Virus record (IMG/VR): IMGVR_UViG_3300044675_007236
DNA from: a virus
Lineage: Duplodnaviria > Caudoviricetes
Reading direction: 5' to 3' (one strand)
Length of the DNA: 64,000 nt
The notes under the pieces were generated by a model that had not been told where the DNA came from, did not search any database, and saw only the letters and a list, made by a program, of their open reading frames with translations. A program made the translations under genes and the position numbers. Positions 52,461-62,685 of the stretch are shown in pieces. Numbering within the stretch: position 1 is the stretch's first letter; each line of letters starts with the position of its first letter.

Positions 52461-53176
52461 ACGTTTGTCCTTTTTGAAGAAATGCTTTTACCTCGCTTAG
52501 CTACATCTAAGTAGTACGCTTCATCCTGCATTTCGGTCATTACTCGCTTGTAAGCTAAAAATGCAGCGTCAGTGTCTTTGTGCGAAAGGCTAAATAGTCT
52601 TTTTGCAGCTTTAACATGCAAGCTGTCCGGAGGATAAGACACCATGCCAGGTAAAGCTTGTGTTGATTTTTTTGTATCGAAGGCGCACTGCCTGATGTTT
52701 GAAAGCACCGCAAAAACACTGATCTCTATTACCGGTGTACTTGTTAAAACGACACGCTCTAAATCCGTATTTAGCGGATCGTAAATTTTTAGCTTTTGCA
52801 ACGCGTACTGGTAAAGCACGTTCTTGTCTAAATCAAACTGCACCGTTTCCAGGATTCCATCGACTAACTTTTGGTACTCATCAATTCGCACTGCCCACAA
52901 CAAATGGTTCCATGCCTTATCTTCCCCGTGTGCAAACCCGGAGAATATAGGTTTATCGAACTGGTACCAATATACAGACAAGTTGTACTTTTCAACTAGA
53001 TCTGACAAATTTTTTTCAGTGAATCGACCCCACAAATACAGTGCAGCTGGTGTGTACCACGCGTAACCTGGAATGTTCTCAAGCTTTTTCGCGTTCTGGA
53101 ACTGAATACGATATTTAGGAACTCTGAACGGCTTGAAAAGATAGTGTTTGTCTTCGTGCAGCTGAACTTTGTTCAC
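52457..53176 (-). CDS. Hypothetical protein
   Basis: Tightly packed ORF. Confidence 0.6.
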   Translation of the reverse strand: MNKVQLHEDKHYLFKPFRVPKYRIQFQNAKKLENIPGYAWYTPAALYLWGRFTEKNLSDLVEKYNLSVYWYQFDKPIFSGFAHGEDKAWNHLLWAVRIDEYQKLVDGILETVQFDLDKNVLYQYALQKLKIYDPLNTDLERVVLTSTPVIEISVFAVLSNIRQCAFDTKKSTQALPGMVSYPPDSLHVKAAKRLFSLSHKDTDAAFLAYKRVMTEMQDEAYYLDVAKRGKSISSKRTNV

Positions 53177-53178
53177 GA

Positions 53179-53904
53179 TTATTTTTCCACCGGTACCGAG
53201 TCAACAATACCGAGTATCTGTGCCGCGGTAAGCAACAAAATGCTTGAGTTGTCGACACCAGCACCAGGACAATACTGATTTGCTAGATTATCGTATATGG
53301 CTAGCGTACCTGTCTGCTCAAGCTTTTGGCGGTTGTTATGTGCGTAAGCTTTGACCAAACCTAACGCTTCTGTCTCGCAAATTTGAATATGCCGTATGCC
53401 TTCAAAAGTATCCATACCGTAAGGTATTGGACTATCTAAAACAGCGCAAGCGTTCACCAGTAACCGACAGAAATCATTGTCGGATTTGAAACTGACAAAG
53501 GTAATATCATTCTCTGATTTTGGCTTGTGGGCTCTCATAAAGAGATCAGGAAAGGTAGCCGAAAAAAACGACTTGCAAGCCAAACTAATCGGCGGCTTAG
53601 CGTCCGGTGTTCCCGGAAAACGTGTCGCTAGACTGTACTTAGCTGACTTATTCTTCTGCGGCACAGTTATACGTGTGGCCAGCAAAGTGTAATTGAACGG
53701 ATCTGCTGACTTAAAGTCTTGTAGTAATTTAAAAGGGTTTTCAAATTGCTTAAGCAAAACTTGTAGTTCTGGACTCGCGGCTTTTATGCGAGCAAATCGA
53801 TCAGCTTTACTTTCAGCATCACACACCGCATCAAGCATAGCCGCTGTGTCTTCCCACCACCTTATAACGTTATCCGTCTCAAGCCAGCTCAAAAAAACTA
53901 ACAT
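53179..53904 (-). CDS. Hypothetical protein
   Basis: TGATG overlap with upstream gene. Confidence 0.6.
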   Translation of the reverse strand: MLVFLSWLETDNVIRWWEDTAAMLDAVCDAESKADRFARIKAASPELQVLLKQFENPFKLLQDFKSADPFNYTLLATRITVPQKNKSAKYSLATRFPGTPDAKPPISLACKSFFSATFPDLFMRAHKPKSENDITFVSFKSDNDFCRLLVNACAVLDSPIPYGMDTFEGIRHIQICETEALGLVKAYAHNNRQKLEQTGTLAIYDNLANQYCPGAGVDNSSILLLTAAQILGIVDSVPVEK

Positions 53905-54374
53905 CAGTTTGCCTTACGCCCCTCTACGAGCAATTTACGATACATCGCAGTACGCTTAGCTGCGCTTTTACAACCTTCAATTTGAGAAGTAGCTGCACCC
54001 ATCGACAATAAGCTGTCGATTTGTTGCTTTTTATTGACCCGGCTAAATCTTCGTGTGACCTGCTTAAGCCCGATTGGATGATAAGGGCCTTGCGACGCTT
54101 CCAGATAGGTGGCAATCTTGCGTAAAGTATCAGGTAAAGAAACAGTAGTATTTACGCATCTTGTGCGAAAGAAATTCTCGATCTTACCCATAAGAGCGTT
54201 TACTTCCAGCGAAATGACGCCCCGCACTCTACCTGAGTTGTGATCGTGATCAACTACTGGAGTGAACTTATCCCCGGACATACCTAAAATAGGACACGCA
54301 TCTGGTGTGTTCTTTTTTCGGTAGTCCTGCAGTTTGTCGTACGGGACATAAAACTGATATTCTTCAGACATCAA
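53904..54374 (-). CDS. Recombination endonuclease VII-like
   Basis: CPI...VVDHDHNSGRVRGV....N...GKIEN (T4 gp49 His-Me signature). Confidence 0.8.
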   Translation of the reverse strand: MMSEEYQFYVPYDKLQDYRKKNTPDACPILGMSGDKFTPVVDHDHNSGRVRGVISLEVNALMGKIENFFRTRCVNTTVSLPDTLRKIATYLEASQGPYHPIGLKQVTRRFSRVNKKQQIDSLLSMGAATSQIEGCKSAAKRTAMYRKLLVEGRKAN

Positions 54375-55303
54375 ACAGGCCTTTGCTTTCGTCGCTGTGC
54401 GGGCGATACGGCTGGAACGGTTCTCGTAGCTCTGTCTATTGTCGGTACTCTCGGTAAATTTTCAACCTTATCAGTCAAAGCTTCTAGCTGAATTTGCTTA
54501 ATTTCTTTTTCGATTAAAGGCTCTAAGCCTTCTGGTGATAGCGGTTTAGGCTGCTCGTTAACCAGTAGTCGGTACTGCTGCATAATGTAATGTACACACA
54601 TCGCGTCGTAAGCTGCACCGTGCAGTTGGTTTGCATCAATAGCGTGCTTTTCTGTCAACTTGTAGAAATCCAGAATAGCCGACATGTTCCATTTAAGCCC
54701 TGCGATTCTGACGCCTGCTATGCGGATGAAGTAGTCTTTAAGCGTCTCTCCGGCTGCTGGTAGCACGATACCCCTATACACTCCAAACGGGCTACCAGGG
54801 TCCATAATACGGCTGGCTTTGAAAAGTACACCAGTATCGAAGTAGCTCGAAGCAGGCAGATCAAAGCTTCTGTTAAGAAACCGGTTGAAATTACTCTTAA
54901 CCATTCTCTCGTCGGCCCAGACTCCGTTCTGAGCCACAAAAGGTAATTCTCTTTTTTTCCATGTATCGAAAAGCTGATAATAAAAACGAAGGACTTCAAT
55001 TGGGTCTTGCCCGTTTTCCTTTATAAAAGAAGGGTTTAAACGCCAACCGGCACCGATAATGCCACGCATGTTACTCAGTTTGTAGTCTAACCAGCCCGTA
55101 TCAATATCTGCTTTGTACCAGTTAAGCACAAAACTTTTATGATCTACGACCTTGTTATCTTCAACGATCACGTGCCCGATCTCTAACACGAGATCTTTTT
55201 CTTGGCTATTACCTGTGAACTCGGTATCGAAACAAAGATATGAGCTTGGAAACTCACCGCCGTATTGTTTCTTAAACCGAGGACTCCATTCGTTTACTAT
55301 CAT
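54371..55303 (-). CDS. DEDDh 3'-5' exonuclease
   Basis: FDTEFTG (Exo I), QNGVWAD (Exo II), HGAAYDA (Exo III). Confidence 0.8.
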   Translation of the reverse strand: MIVNEWSPRFKKQYGGEFPSSYLCFDTEFTGNSQEKDLVLEIGHVIVEDNKVVDHKSFVLNWYKADIDTGWLDYKLSNMRGIIGAGWRLNPSFIKENGQDPIEVLRFYYQLFDTWKKRELPFVAQNGVWADERMVKSNFNRFLNRSFDLPASSYFDTGVLFKASRIMDPGSPFGVYRGIVLPAAGETLKDYFIRIAGVRIAGLKWNMSAILDFYKLTEKHAIDANQLHGAAYDAMCVHYIMQQYRLLVNEQPKPLSPEGLEPLIEKEIKQIQLEALTDKVENLPRVPTIDRATRTVPAVSPAQRRKQRPV

Positions 55304-55308
55304 AAGGC

Positions 55309-55824
55309 TTATCGACTTGAAAAAACGCCTAAAGCCGCTTTTAGCTTGGCAAACAACTTGTAAACTCTACGCAACCATCGTGGATATCGCATATACTCAA
55401 GCAAAGACTGCGACTCTTTAACCAAAGACTTTGCGTCGTGCAAAGGACCTTCGCCGCCAAGCGTAGCTTCCCTGATACCTACATGCTGAATACCAGCATA
55501 CACGGTACCTATCATAGCCATAACAGCAACTTGTGCCGCTGGCTTCGTTTCAAAAAACCCGGAGTCGTCCATTGCGTTGAGCATAGACAGTTGGGGTAGG
55601 TTTGCTGAGTCTACAAGATAACGGCAATAAGCTGCACAAGCGTCACCTAAATCTTTGTCTGTTACATTTTCGCGTTTAAGCACCTCGGAAAGTTCTTTCC
55701 AGGAGTTCTTGTCCTCGAGTCTCTTGGCTACTTCCTCCATAACTTGCTTAAAGTTATGTGCCACATCTCTGCCTGGATTGTAAAGTCGATTGTCACTTGC
55801 CGACATTCTAGCCTGCAATGTCAT
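55309..55824 (-). CDS. Hypothetical protein
   Basis: ATGA overlap. Confidence 0.6.
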   Translation of the reverse strand: MTLQARMSASDNRLYNPGRDVAHNFKQVMEEVAKRLEDKNSWKELSEVLKRENVTDKDLGDACAAYCRYLVDSANLPQLSMLNAMDDSGFFETKPAAQVAVMAMIGTVYAGIQHVGIREATLGGEGPLHDAKSLVKESQSLLEYMRYPRWLRRVYKLFAKLKAALGVFSSR

Positions 55825-56729
55825 TGTTTTCTCCTGACCGCTGCACAGTTAACGCAAACATCTGGGTGAAGTTTATCGTCTTGATTACAGTAGCCCCTAG
55901 TCTTACACGCTTTGCAGCTTATTATCGTATAAGTACTAGGATGCGTAGCCATCTCACACCTGTCCGTACCGTACGGACATTGATGGCATTCTATACTATC
56001 CGAAAGCTTGTGAAAACAAGGAGTTACGTTTCTGTCCCGCCTTGTTATCAAAATTTTGTTGTAGGTCATAGTTGAGTTACTGTGGCCTACTTCAGTTGCT
56101 GTCGGTTCATTTCTAGCCTTAGATCGCGTAGGATCAAGCAGCAAAAAGCAACGAAGACCTGCGTATTGCCGGTAATCCCAAAACAAGTTTCGAGCCGTAT
56201 TCTCACCAAGCCGGTTAAGCTTAGACCGATTAAAGCCGAAACCTAAGTTTTTATTGTCTCTGTTTGTTGCCAGGTGCGTTGTCTTTTCAAAAGACCAGCT
56301 CTGAACCAACTTCCTAGGTACAATAGAACCAGCAAGTGATTGAAATATGAAACGATTTTTCAACTTTCCATCTTGCTTAACTACGTGTACCTCTTCCACA
56401 AAGACCGGTATCCATTCAAATTTACGTTGAAAAGTCCAGTCGATGACCGGATTGCCTACCCACATCGTGTCGACATTTGCGGCTATTCGCCAACAAAGCT
56501 CGAGTAGAAGGCTATCAGTCAAAACTTTACCGGCTAAGTTTTTGATGCTGTTAGTAACCGACGCCGCGGGCATACCTTCCGGCAAAGCCGAAAGCAACTT
56601 TTCACTAAAAGCATCGTAAACACCCTGAGTAAGATCATGTCCCAGGAAGGACGTCAATGCGGAAGTTAGTCTGTCCCGTTTGGCCAGGATCTTGGCTATC
56701 GATATCGACGGTATTTCCGGTAGCTCCAT
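55821..56729 (-). CDS. Hypothetical protein with Cys-rich C-terminus
   Basis: CHQCPYG..RC, CKAC, CVNC. Confidence 0.6.
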   Translation of the reverse strand: MELPEIPSISIAKILAKRDRLTSALTSFLGHDLTQGVYDAFSEKLLSALPEGMPAASVTNSIKNLAGKVLTDSLLLELCWRIAANVDTMWVGNPVIDWTFQRKFEWIPVFVEEVHVVKQDGKLKNRFIFQSLAGSIVPRKLVQSWSFEKTTHLATNRDNKNLGFGFNRSKLNRLGENTARNLFWDYRQYAGLRCFLLLDPTRSKARNEPTATEVGHSNSTMTYNKILITRRDRNVTPCFHKLSDSIECHQCPYGTDRCEMATHPSTYTIISCKACKTRGYCNQDDKLHPDVCVNCAAVRRKQ

Positions 56730-57174
56730 TGAGGTCTACTCCGCAATCTTCTACTGTAAGGGCCATGTCAATGAAAAGAAATCGATCCCATTCTACGGCG
56801 TGCCCTGTGCTCGGGTCGAGAAACATGTGATGGCTTTTGTCGTTGCCAAAGCCGTGCAAATACTGGTACGGCGAGAAGTCAAGCAAAGGACTATGTGAAT
56901 CAACAGGCATGTTGGACATTTTTTGCAAAACCTCTGTCATTTGTTCTAGCGTACCTTCGGCATTTAAAAACTCAGCTACAGCCGCCGCGAAGTGGTTTAG
57001 CCGTTCTAGATGGCTTGCTGCGAAAGGTCCGCAGTCCGGGTAGTCGGCTAAGGAGGCCAATACCGTATCAAAAACAATCTCACCACGGTATGTCAGATCA
57101 AAAACAAGCAAGTCGTCGGTAATATACGCGTTAAACCCGTCACCGGGTTCCATGTCTTTAAAATCAAATTTCAT
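56635..57174 (-). CDS. Hypothetical protein
   Basis: ORF in operon. Confidence 0.55.
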   Translation of the reverse strand: MKFDFKDMEPGDGFNAYITDDLLVFDLTYRGEIVFDTVLASLADYPDCGPFAASHLERLNHFAAAVAEFLNAEGTLEQMTEVLQKMSNMPVDSHSPLLDFSPYQYLHGFGNDKSHHMFLDPSTGHAVEWDRFLFIDMALTVEDCGVDLNGATGNTVDIDSQDPGQTGQTNFRIDVLPGT

Positions 57175-57175
57175 G

Positions 57176-57982
57176 TTAGCTTCCGTAAAAAGTTACTTGC
57201 GTTTCGAAATTCTGGTGCGTTGTCGATGGAAATGGTTCTCCATCTGAAAAAACATAACGCTCACCAGTTACACCTATACCTCGTCTACCTGATCTGCCGC
57301 CCACGTTGATATGCACACCTTTCTTAGTGTCTAGTGCATCCTTGAAGCAGGCTTCGCAATGACACAAAGCCACGCTCTCAGGTGCTCGACCTAGTCTCGC
57401 GTTCTGCTGTCGAGCTAGCTCTCCTAAAATAGAATCTCCCCCATTGTGATGCAATTCTGGAAAAGGGTAGTCCCATCTCGTTAAAAAGAAAGCATTGCCC
57501 ACCCACCAACCACCAGTAACAAACTTGTAAAGGTGGTTAGAGGTTACAGGTTTACCCGTGTACCAGGGTTGGTGCGGTATAGCTGCATACTGCTTACCAC
57601 GCTGACGTATCCGGTGAACACAACCGTAGATATCGTACAGTCTAGTTGCGTCCTTTACTTGTCGCCACCAGGCATCGTCTACGTTCAACAGATAACTGTC
57701 GTCATCAAACCACATTACTTCCTTGGTTTTCAGATTTTTAAACATTTGACGCATAAGTGGGTATTTGCCGACATTTTCGTTGTTAACGGGCTGGTACAAC
57801 GAAACTTTAGTACGTTTGGACTTTGTCGCAGCCCAATTGCGAACAAAAGACGCAGTATCATTTGATACTTCGTTAAGCCCGACTCGTATTTCTAAAACAA
57901 AACGCGTGCCAGAGATAGACTCCAGCACGCGTTTTGCAAGCTCAGGATAGTTGCCGTAAAGCAACACACAAACAGTGAACAT
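57176..57982 (-). CDS. Glycosyltransferase family 2-like
   Basis: VCVLLYG, ENVGKYP, MWFDDDSY. Confidence 0.65.
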   Translation of the reverse strand: MFTVCVLLYGNYPELAKRVLESISGTRFVLEIRVGLNEVSNDTASFVRNWAATKSKRTKVSLYQPVNNENVGKYPLMRQMFKNLKTKEVMWFDDDSYLLNVDDAWWRQVKDATRLYDIYGCVHRIRQRGKQYAAIPHQPWYTGKPVTSNHLYKFVTGGWWVGNAFFLTRWDYPFPELHHNGGDSILGELARQQNARLGRAPESVALCHCEACFKDALDTKKGVHINVGGRSGRRGIGVTGERYVFSDGEPFPSTTHQNFETQVTFYGS

Positions 57983-57984
57983 CG

Positions 57985-58776
57985 TTAGCCTTTCGCTTTT
58001 TTAGCCGCCGTTGCAACCGGTTCGGCTTTCTTAGGTGCTCGAGACCGAGCTTTCTTCAACTTGTCTCGTGTCTCAAGTAGCGTTTTTTCGGTTTCCGAAA
58101 TTCTGGCCAGTGCATTGTCTAAGTTTTCAACAAACTCAGCATCAAAATTACCGTCTTCGATTTCGTCGACCGCAGCAACAAATGGACTAAGCATTTCTTG
58201 CAAGTAGTTATCAGTTTGCTGTGTGCTGTTGATTAACTTCTGCAACATGGCGTTAGGTGACTTTGGAATGCCTGGCTTTCGCCCGCCATTTCGTTTAATC
58301 TCTGCGTCACCTTTGCTAGAAATCTCAACACCTAACTCACGAGCTGACATCGCTTCCTTACGAATTTTAACCAACAACGCCTCTCGTTTAGCTTCATTTG
58401 AAATCTTTTGCAACTGATGAAAGTGCGAAAAACTAAGCAACCTTCCGTCGCTCATAGGTTGCTCAACCTGCTGCACCAAGTACTCTCTTCGAAACGCCAA
58501 AGCAACGTTTCGATAATCTGTCAACTGCGTCAAGCTGAAACCATCTTTACCCAGATAGTTTGCGAGCTTATTCATTTCAGCTCGCTTGGCCGCATCATTT
58601 AGGCCTTCTGACTTGTACAAAATGTCAATCGAGCTGCCAATATCGTGATATAGCAAAACGCCGACCTTACCTGCCGCAAGAATCTTCTGCTCGATCTTCG
58701 ATGCAATTTCCTTTGTGACATCGTTCATCGAATCTAGCAATTCTTGTTTCTTCTTAGAAACGATCAAAGCACTCAT
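57985..58776 (-). CDS. DUF1016 N-terminal-like helical DNA-binding protein
   Basis: LSFSHFHQL...R......EAMSAREL motif. Confidence 0.4.
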   Translation of the reverse strand: MSALIVSKKKQELLDSMNDVTKEIASKIEQKILAAGKVGVLLYHDIGSSIDILYKSEGLNDAAKRAEMNKLANYLGKDGFSLTQLTDYRNVALAFRREYLVQQVEQPMSDGRLLSFSHFHQLQKISNEAKREALLVKIRKEAMSARELGVEISSKGDAEIKRNGGRKPGIPKSPNAMLQKLINSTQQTDNYLQEMLSPFVAAVDEIEDGNFDAEFVENLDNALARISETEKTLLETRDKLKKARSRAPKKAEPVATAAKKAKG

Positions 58777-59306
58777 GTGTTACTCCTTAGGTGATTCAAA
58801 AAACCAGTAAAAGACTGAACAACCATAGTACTGCCATCCTCAGCCTTGTAAAGATGGCAACCAGAGCCAGACGGAACAAATTTGTCTGGATCCCCATTAT
58901 GCAGAATCAAACCCTGCTGAAAACCCTTCCTTGGAAAAACCATACCTACGGGCTTTTTACCTGAAAAAGACTTGTGCTTCTCCAGGTACTTTTTTACCAG
59001 CGGTAAAACGGTAAAAGATTTAAACCACATAGGATGCACCGAGCGGTTATCCCGGTGAATTGGCGGCTGCCCTTTAAACGTGTCAGCAAAAAGCACAAAT
59101 GGAAAATCGTTACACACTTGATTGAAATCATCAAACGTGTAAGTGCTAGTTGCAGCAATTTGTTTCAGCTCTGAAAGCAGCGTTTTGTAACCTGTGACCT
59201 GTATAAGGTGCATAATCCTAGCGTGTTCCCATGCAGCACTAGTGACCGAATGAGCATCGATGCTCTGAAACTTGGCCAGCAACGGGTTGTTTGGATTGCC
59301 TTCCAT
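58773..59306 (-). CDS. Hypothetical protein
   Basis: Overlap-coupled to the RecA-like gene. Confidence 0.6.
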   Translation of the reverse strand: MEGNPNNPLLAKFQSIDAHSVTSAAWEHARIMHLIQVTGYKTLLSELKQIAATSTYTFDDFNQVCNDFPFVLFADTFKGQPPIHRDNRSVHPMWFKSFTVLPLVKKYLEKHKSFSGKKPVGMVFPRKGFQQGLILHNGDPDKFVPSGSGCHLYKAEDGSTMVVQSFTGFLNHLRSNT

Positions 59307-60802
59307 TACTCGGCCTCAGCTCTGTAGTCGTTGTGGATATCTGCAAGCGACAGACCGTTGATTAGCTTTGGTCTAGCCTTGATGTCTAAAGCCTCACGAA
59401 TTTTACTACAAATCTCAGGATTAGAGTGGATCATCTGCCCTACTTCTTGCCAGGGTAGGTACTCCTCTTTACCCATACCGAGTGCAACCATGTTTGCTAG
59501 GCATTCAACGTCAGCCGCAGGCGACTTCACCTTGATGTCTAAACCCATCGCCTTGAGTCTATTCTTAGCAATACCCTCGGCTTCGTGTAACAGACTGCAA
59601 ATCGACCAATCCCAATCCCAGGTTACCTGCTGTATAAACTGACCCGTAGTCGGATCTTGTTCATGCCACCAAAGAAACCTGGTTTTAATCCAACGGTGTG
59701 TCGGACCAAAAGAATTTTTCGAACAGGCTATCTTTACGCCGATACCTTCAAATTGTGAATTCTTAAACTTGCTCCGCCACACAGACAAGTTAAGCCCGAT
59801 AGACTCGCGGAAGTTTACGTTCTCGCCGCCTAGCGTGTAACTATGCTCAATACCTCTATCGTCCTTTTTAGTCTTGAGGTGGTTCACAACCAAGATCATG
59901 AAAGGAAAGTTGGTCAATTGAGGAATAATCGCATTCAGGTAGTTTTTGTTTTTCAACGCATCAATCGGGTGAGCTCGGTCGGCGTGACCTTCTTGAACTA
60001 CTTTGTCTTGCAACTCTTGCGATAGACCAGCTGCTAGTGAATCCAATCCAATAGCCACTGGAATTGTTGGGCCAGGCCCAGGCTCTCGCTTAGTGCCAGT
60101 AAGAACACGTTTTACTTCTGCCACATAATGCGTAAACATCTCCTGCCACTCTTCGGTAGAGTTACAGCGGTTGGAGACGAACGGTACAACATCGTGTGGC
60201 GATCGCATGATGCGGCAAGCAAAATCCGCGTCAAACTTGTGCTCCGCGTCAATGTGAAAAGGCAAACCGTTGAGCTCGTAGACCCATCTAAAAAACTCAA
60301 ACAGAAGCGAAGATTTACACGACCCCCAGCTACCCGCAAGCATGATGAGCGCAAACGGTAGGACATCGTTTGCAAGCACATACTCAATCGGTAAAGACGG
60401 AGTAGGAATACCTACGCAAAGCTGATCCAATTCCTTTCTACTGCCAAAAACCTTAGTTGCCCCAAATTTCTCTTTTGCTACCGCGGTAAACGCTTTCATC
60501 AACCCGTTACGCGCATTACTCCGATTATTACCAGACCACTGAGCATCAAGAGACGCCTTACCTGCCTTGGTAAGCTTTCTTGGGTCGTGGAAAATAGCAA
60601 GCTTATCTGCAGGTTCGTTCGATTCCTCTTTAGCAGGCTTGCTTGATTTTTTAATTCCGCTTTTAGCGTCTTTCTTTTTACTATCAGCCGCAATAGATTC
60701 CGGCTTTTGCGTTTTAGCCGTGTTTTCCGGTTTCACCGGTTGTGACGGCAGCTCTAACGAAGAATCTGCAATAAACTCATCGTAATCAGAATTTTCAGAC
60801 AT
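59306..60802 (-). CDS. recA: RecA-like recombinase
   Basis: Variant Walker A GSWGSCKS, HIDAEHKFD, Walker B IGLDSLAA, VVNHL, GGENVNF. Confidence 0.7.
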   Translation of the reverse strand: MSENSDYDEFIADSSLELPSQPVKPENTAKTQKPESIAADSKKKDAKSGIKKSSKPAKEESNEPADKLAIFHDPRKLTKAGKASLDAQWSGNNRSNARNGLMKAFTAVAKEKFGATKVFGSRKELDQLCVGIPTPSLPIEYVLANDVLPFALIMLAGSWGSCKSSLLFEFFRWVYELNGLPFHIDAEHKFDADFACRIMRSPHDVVPFVSNRCNSTEEWQEMFTHYVAEVKRVLTGTKREPGPGPTIPVAIGLDSLAAGLSQELQDKVVQEGHADRAHPIDALKNKNYLNAIIPQLTNFPFMILVVNHLKTKKDDRGIEHSYTLGGENVNFRESIGLNLSVWRSKFKNSQFEGIGVKIACSKNSFGPTHRWIKTRFLWWHEQDPTTGQFIQQVTWDWDWSICSLLHEAEGIAKNRLKAMGLDIKVKSPAADVECLANMVALGMGKEEYLPWQEVGQMIHSNPEICSKIREALDIKARPKLINGLSLADIHNDYRAEAE

Positions 60803-60811
60803 GACGACTCC

Positions 60812-60841
60812 AAAAAGCGTAGCCGGGTTATCCGGCTACGC
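60812..60841 (-). terminator. Intrinsic terminator
   Basis: GCGTAGCCGG/CCGGCTACGC 10-bp stem followed by TTTTT on minus strand. Confidence 0.75.
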
Positions 60842-60861
60842 GTGAACAAAAACTAAACACA

Positions 60862-62685
60862 TTACTTCTTAGGCTTGGAATTTCTAGCCGCAGAACGACC
60901 AATAGCCTTAGCGGTTTCAAGACTTTTTGTAGTGCTAGCTACAAAAGGGTCCGCATCTTCTGCTTCGTCAACCTCAGGCTGCGGGTCGAAGTCAGCCGAA
61001 ACTTCGTCTTCAAACGATTCAACCTGTTCAAATTGTTGTACAACGCCGGAGTCGCTTTCGGCATCGTCAGACTCAGCTTCGATTTCACCTTCAGAGTCAA
61101 ACTCTTCAAAATCCTGCATCAGTTCTTCGGCGTTTGGCTTAGTTACTTTTGTTGTCGAAGCTTTGGTAGCCTTAGTTTCAATCGCAGGAGCCGGATAGTC
61201 TTCACCGGGCTCGTCTGAAGCTGAATCGAAATCGTCCATCAAACTTTCAGCAAATGCCGCTGCAGGTGCCGGTTTGTTTGCTTTGGTTGAAGTAACCTTG
61301 GTAACAGGCGTTTCCTCTTCTTGTTCTTCTTCAGGTTCAGGCGTGTACTCTGGGATTCGAACTTGTGTTCGATTTCTGAGAACGGCTTTAACCGAGTCAA
61401 ATTCAAGATAATCGGTGTTACTCATCCAGCAGAGTTCTACAAGCTTAGGTACAAACTTAAACGCAGTTGCAATCCAAACGCAACGCTCTTCAATTGAAGG
61501 CTCATAAAGCAAAAACGAATCTGGGCCGTCTTCGTCTGAGTCTTTCCAGAAAAACAAATGCTTTGAAGTGATATTGTTTACCTGTTCTTGTGTGAAACCC
61601 GGTTTAATCAGACCGTTAGGCCCGACAATTCCAGAGGACACAGCTGCTTCGTAAAGCGTTACTTGCTCACCGCCTTTGGTGTTCTTGCTTTTCGATGCGG
61701 TTTCCGCTGCGTTAAACACGTAAGTTGTGTTTTTCAGCATCTGCTTGTGGATGGGATCGTTCGGATCAAATGTAAACACATCGGGATTGAAAATATGGAA
61801 AAAGCATCCACCGTTAACAATACGCTTTTGTGCGTCAAATTTACCGCAAGGATCGCCGTATTTGTACATGCACGACGGGTCTACATCAGGGTCCCCCTCG
61901 TAGGTCTCCTTGGTTCGAGACATAAGCTCAAGAAGCTTACGTCCGGTGCTGACCGACAACGTAAACAGCGGAAGCGGATCTTCTGCTGCCTCACCTAAAG
62001 GAATGCCATTACGCTCAGCCTCCTTGTCGACTCGCTTCCCGTTCTTTTCGTAACTCAAATCTTCTCGAACTAGGTCAAGCTTAGGTCCATTGTTGTAAAT
62101 CGAACCCACGCCAAAATAGATCTGCTTCCACGGCTGGATAGCCTTGTCCATTTTACTCGCGAGAAGCGAATTCCAATCAGAATCCCATTTTCGATTCGCC
62201 GTAAACCTACCGCTTTCGTGCGCGTCTTTGGCAACTTTACAGAACTTAACGTAAGGTTCTTCCCAAAAGTTAATGCCGTCAACAACGCGTTCCTTGCTGC
62301 GTGCAATAATGTAACTAACAGGATTACATTCTTTGGCATCATGGCCAATAATCTTATCGGTATTTTGGTTGATGCCAGCGTAGTTGCAAACATACACCGG
62401 CTCAGAAATCGAAACACCTTCCAGACCAGCTACGTCGTACTGCGAAGTACGACCGTTTAGAAGCTCGGTCGGGTTTTCTGGATTGAGCATGTTCCAGATA
62501 CGAATAGACATCGTACCACCCTTCTTGTAGCAGTCGGGGGTTACAAGCCGCACTTTCTTGGCGTCCTTGTTGATGAAATGGTTGTTTCTAGGGCTCAACC
62601 TTGGCCCGTCGTCCGTAGGCAGCAAACTTCTTTGAGTAGTACTTTTTGCACGCGGTCGCAATCGGTTATTCATTCTTAACTCCAA
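60862..62685 (-). CDS. Candidate ssDNA-binding protein with long acidic tail
   Basis: About 150-aa D/E-rich C-terminus; adjacent to recA-like gene (function inferred). Confidence 0.4.
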   Translation of the reverse strand: MELRMNNRLRPRAKSTTQRSLLPTDDGPRLSPRNNHFINKDAKKVRLVTPDCYKKGGTMSIRIWNMLNPENPTELLNGRTSQYDVAGLEGVSISEPVYVCNYAGINQNTDKIIGHDAKECNPVSYIIARSKERVVDGINFWEEPYVKFCKVAKDAHESGRFTANRKWDSDWNSLLASKMDKAIQPWKQIYFGVGSIYNNGPKLDLVREDLSYEKNGKRVDKEAERNGIPLGEAAEDPLPLFTLSVSTGRKLLELMSRTKETYEGDPDVDPSCMYKYGDPCGKFDAQKRIVNGGCFFHIFNPDVFTFDPNDPIHKQMLKNTTYVFNAAETASKSKNTKGGEQVTLYEAAVSSGIVGPNGLIKPGFTQEQVNNITSKHLFFWKDSDEDGPDSFLLYEPSIEERCVWIATAFKFVPKLVELCWMSNTDYLEFDSVKAVLRNRTQVRIPEYTPEPEEEQEEETPVTKVTSTKANKPAPAAAFAESLMDDFDSASDEPGEDYPAPAIETKATKASTTKVTKPNAEELMQDFEEFDSEGEIEAESDDAESDSGVVQQFEQVESFEDEVSADFDPQPEVDEAEDADPFVASTTKSLETAKAIGRSAARNSKPKK

